Translations under genes and position numbers: made by a program
Assembly (NCBI GenBank): GCA_017499595.2
Contig: CM039005.1
Span: forward strand, 496,001-560,000
Reading direction: 5' to 3'
Length of the DNA stretch: 64,000 bases
Origin: Psilocybe cubensis
Taxonomy: Eukaryota
The notes under the pieces: model-generated
What the model saw: the letters and a program-made list of their open reading frames with translations, nothing else
Database searches by the model: none
What the model was told of the DNA's origin: nothing
Shown: piece after piece, positions 55,001-64,000 of the stretch
How positions within the stretch are numbered: position 1 is the stretch's first letter
How the letters are laid out: every line of letters starts with the position of its first letter

Positions 55001-57214
55001 GATAAAATATTAAAAATACTGCGAACGAAAGATACTGATGTCGATGTTGACGTTGACGTTGAATCCTGATATTATAATTTATATATAATACTTACTTAGT
55101 GCTGATTGTTCAAGTTGATACCTCACACTGCCATACCTATGAAACTGATACTGACTTGATACTGATTTTGATTTTGATTCTGATATTGATATTGATACTG
55201 CCATTGACATCGATACCGTCATCTTCTCGTCGTCACCGTGACCCATGGTCGTCGTCGTCGTCGTCGTCGTTTCGGCTGTCATCTACTACACTAGTACTCA
55301 ACCACGGTCCACGACGAAACAGGTGAGAAAATTCAAAGTAAAAATAAAAAGAAAGTTGAAACATTGATTGACTAGAATTGAAATAGCCTTTACTACGCCT
55401 AAAATATCATAAAATCAAACAATATTGTATTAGCGTAGTTGGTATGGTACTGTAGTCTAAGTAAGTACCTCCCGCTCGCGTGGGGCGTGGCGCCGCCGGG
55501 CCCGCCGCGTGCTCAGGCTAGACTGCTGGTGCGCGAAGCGCCCGTACCTCATCTCATCTCATCTGATTTCATTTCATTTCATCCACCGTGACAAACCCAA
55601 TTAATCTAATCTAATCTACCCAACACACATTCATATACATCCCAATTCATTCAGGCGCCAACCCTCCCACCCGACGCCAACCCTCGCCTAGCCTAAAGGC
55701 AAATAAAAATAAGACTACTGCACCAACGCAAGCACCAACGCGGCGCGGTCCTACTAGTACCTCTTCAATCGGGTCCTACGGGATTTGATCAATGATTAAT
55801 CACTGCTCAAAGACATCTTGATCAATTCACCATCCGTTGTCCTCGTCCCGTTGTCCGTTGTCTCGCCCATTATTCACTGGCAAGTAGGTCCACGTAGGTC
55901 CTCACAAGTCCACGTCCGGCATATAACCTACTAGACTAACGATCATGCACATCACAAAAGCATAACATTACGTTTGCGGTATATAACTCATCATTTAAAA
56001 AAATACTGGATATATGTGCGGTATACCATGACTCGGACACGTCGCGATGGTATATAATCCAATTATAAGTCGCCCAAAGACGAATTCTCCAAAGTTCAAC
56101 CCAACCAACCCATCCACAAAAAAACCCACCCATTGTACGTATGGCCGTTATCACCCCCAGCCAACCCTTCTCCCATGGCACCTTCCTTTAATAGCCTATC
56201 TCCACCATGGCACCTTCAACATCCTTACAAGTACAAGTAACTACACCATCCTGACCTCAAAATCTATTAATATTCGAATGAAGCGCTTCAAATTAATACA
56301 AATAGCGTACGTGCGTCGGAAGCCTGAAGGCACATATATACATACGTCTTGGAAATTGTAGGGCTGGGCTACTTATCAAGAAGGTATCAGGTATCAGGTA
56401 TCAATTTAAAGTACTCGCTGTCGTATATAGGTATGCAGGTATGCAGGTACACTGGCGACCGGTATACAGATATACAGATATACAGGTATACAGGTAGGGT
56501 GGCAGTGCGAGGGAGGAGGTGCCGGTGAGGGTACATGTAGAAATATACAATTTTATTCATTTGTTTGCGTGCTTGTAGACTAGTATATATGTGTGTACGG
56601 GATAAGAGTCTCAGGATAAGAGTCTCGGGATAATTGAGGAGAGGGGGGGAAGGGAAAGGGTATGTGTGTGTTTATGATGGTGGGATGGGATGGGATGGGG
56701 TGTATGCAGTGATCTCATAGAAAAAAGAAACATATATAAAGACAGAAAAAGGGAAAGAAACAGAAACAGAGAAAAGGAAGAAGAATCTTAAGCAGGGCTA
56801 AAACGTGAACGTTACGTTGAAAAGTGAAAAGTAAAAAGTGAAATAGAATGTATGCATGCTAATATCGATTCCAAAAAAAAAAATGAAAATAAAATGAAAA
56901 GAAGAGAAAAGAAAAAGAAAATGAAGAGAAAAGAAGAGACGAGACGAGAATACAAGAGAGAAGATTCACTAATTCCTCGTTAAAAGATGAAATCAGGAAT
57001 TCACAGAGTCAGAAGAGGATGAGAAAGAGAAAGAGAAAAGGAAGAGAAGATCTCGCACTGGATTCATATTCCTGTATACAAAAGAACAAAAAAGAGAAAA
57101 GAGGAAGAGGAAGAAGAAGGAGAGGAAAAGAAAAGAAAGAAAGAAACAACAAGTATGTCCCTCAAAAGCCGCGCAAAAAGCGCGCCTGCACCCTCTGCTC
57201 CCGTGCATTCGCCT

Positions 57215-57874
57215 TCAAACACGCTCAGACGCAGCTCCGCCCGCGTGCTGTCCCTCCATCGGCTCCCCCCCCTCCCTCCCCACCTCACCCATCTCCACCT
57301 CCCCTCCCTCCCCCTCCTGCTCTCCCTCATTCTCCCCCTCCCCCTCATTCTCGCCCAACCCCCCCTCCTCCGGATCCAACCAACTCTCCTCAACCGTCAC
57401 CTTGACCCTCCTCACATACTCCTTCATATTCTCCCGATACAACTGCGCCGCCTCCGCATTCGCCGGGCTATTCGGGTTCGGATCATGCAGCAAACTCTGT
57501 ATACTCGTCAGAATCGCCGCGACGTCGTACGTCGGCGACCACCGGTTCTGCAGGATGTCGAGGCAGAGCTCGCCGTTCGCGTAGACGTTGGGGTGGAACA
57601 TCCGCGAGAGGAATTTGACGGTGGGCGGTTTGTTGGGGTAGGACTCGTCGAATGTGAGGAGGAGCTTGAATGTGCCGTCTTCGAAGGGGGTGTCGCCTGT
57701 TGGTAGGTGAGTGCGTGGGGGTGAGTGGGGGAGAGAAAACACACCTGGGCCGAAGATGACAGCGTTCCAGAGCATAATATTGTCGGGGAGCGGACTGCCC
57801 GAGATCCCGCCTGGCGGGTCGGACGAGAGGCGCTTAAAGTCGCGGATCAGCCGTTTCTTGCAGTTCGTCGACAT
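57215..57874 (-). CDS. RAD6: Ubiquitin-conjugating enzyme E2 Rad6/Ubc2 with a Glu/Gly-rich tail
   Basis: [16 protein letters not shown]...[18 protein letters not shown]...[46 protein letters not shown]; intron 57697-57744. Confidence 0.97.
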   Translation of the reverse strand: MSTNCKKRLIRDFKRLSSDPPGGISGSPLPDNIMLWNAVIFGPGVFSLPHSPPRTHLPTGDTPFEDGTFKLLLTFDESYPNKPPTVKFLSRMFHPNVYANGELCLDILQNRWSPTYDVAAILTSIQSLLHDPNPNSPANAEAAQLYRENMKEYVRRVKVTVEESWLDPEEGGLGENEGEGENEGEQEGEGGEVEMGEVGREGGEPMEGQHAGGAASERV

Positions 57875-59115
57875 TGCTTGCTGAGTAAGATGGGTCAAGT
57901 AAGTCGGGTGGCTTTGGTTAAAGTGAGGGAGAGTGAGACAGGAGGAGAGGTGTGGTCGTGTCTGAATCGCGTGCTGTTAATGAGGGCACTGCGACTGTCG
58001 TCGTACACGTCGTCTCGTATGTGGTATGCGGTATGCTAATGATGGTATGCGATATGGATTGTAGAATCTGCAAACCCAACTTTAATTGTAGCTTCCTGTA
58101 CCAAACCACCCACAAAACATACCTTTGTACGTGCGTATATGCAAGCGTAAAGTCGTCTCAGGCGGCTGGTATGAAGAAACAAGCAAGTCAGTCTAACTCA
58201 GAAGCAGTGGCAGTGGCAGGCCTCCTCATGTCACACCCACTGACCGTGACCTGACTCCGCCGCATCTAATCTGGAAACAAACAATAGCAAAAACAATCAC
58301 TCTGCCGAAATGCCGCAAGTTGACTTTGTCGTTGTAAGTACTTCATCATTCATGTACCATGCACCATCGATTCATCCACAAGTGTTGCCCTGAACGATGT
58401 GCATGCTCTTTCACTCGAAATGGCGCTTGTTCAATTCCCCGCCCAGGTACCCGTCCCCGCCGTGCCCCGCCGTATCCTTCCGGCCCCAATGATTGCGCTC
58501 GCCGCCTATTACTGTAACCACGACACACGGTCTGACTCCCGTCGCCCGTCGCCGCTCAACGATGACAACACGCATCGTCCCGAATCCCGATACCACACGC
58601 TATACACTACCAGTTCTATGTAGACCACCCGACACGGACGCAATCGCAATTGCGCCTCCAACTACATCCATTTACCACCGTACTCATGAGTTTACCGCAG
58701 CTTTGCAATATATTTTTGTTGTGCCTATTGTGTACTTGAAATATTGTTTACCCCAGTGCCTTCAAGGTTTGTCATGATGCTGCGTGTTTACTATTTACTG
58801 ATCGACGGGACAATTCTCGTGATATCATGGTTTATTCAATGCACTCTATTCGTCATGATTGTAATGAATTTCGTAAAATTCTAACCAAAACAGGCAAAAT
58901 CTATTTATAACTGAAAAAAACAGCCTTGTTCAAAACTTCCAACCCTCTTCTGGTAACAAACTTCAAGGGTTTCCCCTCCCCCGAAGGGCAGAGAAACAAA
59001 GTGACGGGGTGAGGTACCCCGACACAAGGTGGGTTAGTAGCATACAAGGTGAGAAACGGCATAAAAAGTCAGTGGGGCAAGTCCATAGCCCTACCGTAAA
59101 GCTCCGAAAACATAC

Positions 59116-60520
59116 CTAAGCAGGTTTCTAGATAAATACAAGTCTGCGAGAGATTCAGAATACAACTTACTTGGTAAAGTTTTTGTCATTCAATGGATGC
59201 AACGGCAGCAGGCGGCATCGGTGTCAACTACAATCAAAGTCAGTCACAGTCTATTCAAAGTACAATTCTACAGACTTACCATTCCGAATCTCGCTCGACG
59301 GACGGAAATACATAGCGTCGAGGGTTTTTGCTTGTAAGAAATTTCTAGAGTCAAAGTTAGCAGTAGTTTAGGGAAAGTAAAATCAAGCCCACGTACCAAC
59401 TATCGTGTCAAAGCACTCGTGCAGATGCCCCATCCTGCTCGTCGGACGTCGATATATGGTCTCAAGGTAAATCTAGAGCCAAGGTCAGTAAAAATCCAAT
59501 AAATGAATGCCATACATACATACCTCAACGGGCACACAGCTAACAACGCCTGCTCGGCGGACGGCGATACGTCGTGTCAAGGCAAAATCTAGGGTCACGG
59601 GTCAGTGATAATTAATGCAAACCAAGTTGAAGTACACTTACCACTTGGTGTAGATCCTCACACTCGGTCGGCGGACGTCGATACATCATGTCAAAGCAAA
59701 ATCTAGGGTCACGGTCAGCTTTAATTAATGCAAAGCATGTCGAAGTACACATACCACGGGTTTTAGATCCCCACACTCGGTCGGCGGACGTCGATACATT
59801 GTGTCAAAGCGAATCTAGGGTCAAGGTCAGTCTTTGTACATTAAATAAAACTAAAACACACATACCTATGCACCAGAGGTCCAATCCCGGTCAGCGGACG
59901 GCGATACGTCGTGTCAAAGTCTAGAGTCAGAGTCAGTCTCTGTACATTAAATAAAAGTAAACCACACATACCTGTACACCAGAGGTCCAACCCCGCTTGG
60001 CGGACGTCGATACGTCATGTCAGAGCAAATCGGGGTCACCCAGACATCCAATCCCACTCGGCGGACGTCGATACGTTGTGTCAGAGCAAATCTGAGGTCA
60101 AGGTCAGTGTGAGTACATATCATAAAAGTAATACACACATACCTGAAGACCAGAGGTCCAATCCCGCTCGCCGGACGTCGATACGTCGTGTCAGAGCAAT
60201 ATCTAAGGCCAGGGTTAGTCACAACTTGTTCAACGAATGCTACAGCACACTTACCACAATAGTGAGGAGGCAGGTAACAGGCGCGCTCGGCGGACGGCGA
60301 TACGTCGTGTCAGGACTAAATCTTGGGATAAAATCAGTCTCCGTTTGGTAAATAAATGATACACAACTTACCAGCTCGCCGGAACGCGATACATAGCGTC
60401 GGGCTATGTTAACAGGGCATAAATCCTTGGATCAAAGTCAGTCTCACTTCTTCAACAAACATCACAGCACATACCAGGTCGGCGGAACACGATATATAGT
60501 GTCGAAGCAATTCCATGTCG
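59116..60520 (-). ncRNA. Candidate multi-exon repetitive non-coding transcript (tandem exon+intron array)
   Basis: 11 introns of 49-53 nt, each with a GTA(T/A/C)GT donor, CTRA(C/T) branch and AG acceptor, separate exons that share the core GACACGACGTATCG(A/C)CGTCCGCCGA. Exon lengths break the frame. The repeat array is seen directly; transcription is inferred. Confidence 0.55.
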
Positions 60521-61053
60521 AGAGGGGTAGCACACCACCATACTGACAGCATGGGTACAAAGTAGATGGATAAAAAAAACCCAATATCAGAGTTCTCTTT
60601 ATACCTTTTTCACCCCAAACTTTTTCAAAGCCCGCTCTCAGTCACGTAGCAACACTTCTTTCTAGCTTCATCATTTTTACTAGCTTCGCTTCCGAATATT
60701 TCCTCATGCCATAACTTTGCATAATAGGAGACCTTTACATCCCTTTCTCCACTCCCTCAAACGTGGAATATCAAGCCACAGTGCACCACAAGGCACAAAA
60801 CTCACTCGCCAAGTCGCAATTGGCTCAAATTCATGTCCCGTGCAGTAAAAAACCTCACTCCTATCAAGTGAAAATTGTTACGCCATTTTGTAATACCACG
60901 TACTAATCTTTGGTAAAGGTCCTCGTTTCAATTTCTACAGCACATCTAGCTCTGATTTCAATGCAGTAATAGCGTTATCTTCTCCCCAAAGTATTTTTTG
61001 GGATTACTTGCTGCAGACCGGTCAATTCGAAAGCTATGTCATCACATTCAGAC

Positions 61054-61207
61054 ACTCTGCACAGGATGCGCTGACGCTGATGCTGCAGACTCTGCGCAAA
61101 CGATGTGCTTACGCTAACGCTACAGAGTCTGCGCACACAATGCGCTGACGCTGACTCTGTGCACAGGATGCGCTGCCGCTGACTCTGTACACACGATGCG
61201 CTGGCAC
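61054..61207. repeat. Minisatellite, about 5 degenerate units of 26-37 bp
   Basis: Units resemble ACTCTG(T/C)GCACA(G/C)GATGCGCTGACGCTG. Confidence 0.85.
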
Positions 61208-64000
61208 TTGGTATTACAACATCGGCTCGCCGGCGTTCACAAGCCCAGGAACGAGATCACAACTTCCGACGCTCTAGCCTCGTTTAACTAATCGTTAAAT
61301 CTACGACAAATCGCCCACAGGATCACGATCTACGCGTGTTCATTAGGACCCTGCCCTAATTCCCCACAGGTGCGTCATCATTCCACTCTAGGTTTAGTTT
61401 GCATCTCAGGAACACAAATTCGACTGTAAAGTCTATTTTTCACCTCCGTTCCAAGTCGACGTCATTCACGACAACAACAGTTGGTTCGACTTTGCGAGAG
61501 ATGTTGGTATTTCGGATATGTTTACAACAGTACGTCCTTTGAGTCCTGGTTACTAATCTCACGGGTGACGGAATCATTCGAAAATTAGACACTTCCTTCA
61601 AACGCAGGTGCGTGCCAAAGCCGACATCCCACTCTATCGATACATCTCGTCTTACTCGTAACCCACTATTTTGAAGTGTTCCGTTCCATTTGACTTTGAG
61701 ACTAGCGCGTCAGATAATCGGGAGTTGCTATATTCGAGTGCGCCCGAAAACACATCTATGCAACAACGTCAAGGCCAGTACTCTGACGTACCGCATTTGT
61801 TATCTCACCTTTTGCTTGTGTAGACGTGCTATGACCTCAACGTAGACATTCAGGAGGTGATTTACGGTGACAACTCACCTTCATTCCAACATTTCCCCAG
61901 TTCAAATTCGCATGTCAACCACGGCGCGGATACCTCCTCGTCTCCCGATTCGTCATTCTAGCGCGTTGCAACCGTCTCATATACCTCGCTTCCAAGAATA
62001 GGCTAGTCTAGACTAGTCGGTAACGACAGCCGGAAGCTCGCAAAACTGAGCAACCAATATGAATGTGCTGCAGAACACACATACGTGGCAGCCGTTCCCG
62101 CGCCGTTTATCACTTTTTCGAGGTTTCAGGGCTTTCTGGGTACTGTATAATGTAGTATATCCCACGCCAAGCGTGTTTGTAGGTCCTTTGGCAGCGTGAA
62201 GTTGAGATAATCAAAAATACATCCGGGGCATCTCAGGAGAGATTCAAACACAAAAACAAGCGTTTGCGAGGCTTTGAAATCACCGTGAAGATCGATAATG
62301 ACTACCTAGATAATCTATAATGTGTATACGTCATGACGAATGCAGTAAACTAAGAGTACGGGTAACATTTCAAGCCACAGATGTTAAGCGCCCAAGCAAA
62401 CAGCTTCACGCAGACTGTAAATTAGCAAAACACATCGATTCCAATGCTCTATAGACACACCTCGCATACCATACATATCTCAGAGTACACTATAAGACAT
62501 ACATACACTCACATATCTCGTCAACGAACCGTCAAGTCCACAACCTCACACTCACGTACCTCCTCCGGCCCCCAATCCGCATTCCAGCCCATTTCCACTG
62601 CTTCCTTTCATTTCGGGGCATCATCCCCACTAGCATAAGACTACTCGGCTGCGGCACGGAGCGTTCCGAGACCTAGAAGCAGGACAGAAATGAGTTGCAG
62701 TGTAATGCGTCTCGAGGGAGGATATGTACGTGGCATGCGATTCTGCGTCGTTTGCGCGTTTTAAGCGGGTTGGGGTGCTTTTACTGGGTGATATGGGTTA
62801 GGTGTGTATGGGGTAAAGCTTGAAAGTACATCAGGGAACCTACAATTGAGTTTATGCGTGTATGTGATGTCGTTGTTCAAATTCGCTTTAGGAAACGTAC
62901 ATTTGCGAATTGGGCCGTTTTGAGGTATTCAGATGCTACAGTACTGTTTAAAATAGGGGTATATATTCATATTTATGCTTACCTGAGTAAGTACAAAGTG
63001 GAAATTTCAAAGATTTGCAGCGATGAACCCTTAAGCGCCGAAAGCGTTGAATCGCAAATACAACAAATAAACGCACCAAACACACGATGGTGGACCACTA
63101 ACACGCATGATACACTCACCCCTATACCATACAGCCCATTCTTCGACTCCAAAACTCCAACATCGCAAACCCAACTCACCGGACACAACACTCCTCCTCC
63201 TCGTCCGAATCTCCATTCAACCTCATTCCAACCACCTTCTTTCTCTTCACCCCTGCACGCCCACTAGCTCCAGACCCCTCGGCTATCCTAACGTAACGTA
63301 CTAACGGCGATTACTGAATTTTTTCTGCCAGTAGAAGAAGAAGCATTCTGTAGAGTCCGAGAGACGTTATACGTTGTTTTAATGCAAATTCGATGGAATA
63401 CGTACATTGGGGGGGTTGTAATGGTGCATAGGAGCCCCTGAGTAATCGAACTGAAAGTGAGTGAACGTTGGAACCAAGTCTGAACGTCGACGAAAGTTTG
63501 TGCAAGTCGGATTTCACATCAAGACAAGAAAACACAGAAACGCACAAAAGTACTATTACCATCTTCAACAAACGGACACCAGCATTGCTCTGCACCACTA
63601 ACATTGTCTTAAAGTACATTCTTCACGAAACAAAATCCTAGATATTCCACACACAAAGACAGAGCGTTGACCCGATACACACCCAAGAACCCCCTCCTCC
63701 TCCCCAAAATCGCAAAATCACCTCATCCCAATACGTTTTCCTGGCTCTTCGGCTCCGGAACGGTATTCAAATCCAAATTGCGTAAACCAACTAAAAAGCG
63801 GCGTCTCATTTGAGAAGAATTAGAATGCCTGTGTTGCAACGCGAAATCAGAACAAACCATTGGAGAGATAACGGGTATGCGTACGTACGTTTGCTGTTCC
63901 CGAGTCAATTACTAGTTTATGCAATTCGATTAATGCATGGGTGAATGTGTGTTGACGATCTACGATACGAGTTGGAATTCACTTGATGCAAGGTAGATGA

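Larger units (their letters stand above)
46300..58700. repeat. Domain dense in microsatellites and low-complexity DNA around PMA1 and RAD6
   Basis: For example (ACTCGG)4 at about 53465-53488, (CTTCCTTA)4 at about 53902-53938, (GTGTCA)n near 54253, (GTC)n near 55248, (GGGAT)n near 56682, and long purine tracts; boundaries approximate. Confidence 0.8.

Noticed and set aside
59688-60351. ORFs over the array (59688-59924 +, 59911-60351 +, 59947-60222 -)
   Set aside because: They run through intron-like segments and switch repeat frame from unit to unit, so they are by-products of the repeat
59280-60500. CRISPR array interpretation of the regularly spaced repeats
   Set aside because: Eukaryotic context with no cas genes; repeats are degenerate and the spacers are related to each other and contain spliceosomal introns
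58911-62802. Telomerase RNA identity for the array locus
   Set aside because: No 1.5-repeat template (e.g. CTAACCCTAA) in the exons; only short chance-level matches such as CTAACCC near 59031-59037 and CCTAACCC at 62795-62802

Overview
Intron-rich fungal genomic DNA. Introns are about 50 nt, GT-AG, with CTRAC branch sites, and the gene repertoire is typical of an agaricomycete basidiomycete (taxon inferred). From left to right: the 3' part of an MCT-type MFS transporter, two F-box-like genes flanking an orphan ORF, head-to-head RPS13/RPS6, a POT/PTR peptide transporter, two tandem MYND-finger paralogs, condensin subunit Cnd1/Ycs4, PI4P 5-kinase Mss4, a divergent pair of Hmp1/CsbD-like paralogs, an HMG-box transcription factor, a small secreted 12-Cys two-repeat protein, NMD3 head-to-head with UGGT, plasma-membrane H+-ATPase PMA1 and RAD6/UBC2. 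From about 46.3 to 58.7 kb the non-coding DNA is dense in microsatellites. The most unusual element lies at about 58.9-60.5 kb on the minus strand. It is a tandem array of exon+intron units with 11 intact 49-53 nt spliceosomal introns, and its exons carry 12 copies of a conserved CpG-rich core but share no reading frame. It ends in an AG-free, hairpin-rich segment with UUCG and GAAA tetraloops. It is a candidate highly spliced repetitive non-coding RNA. Gene boundaries were derived by hand from splice signals and may be off by a few bases. No database searches were run.
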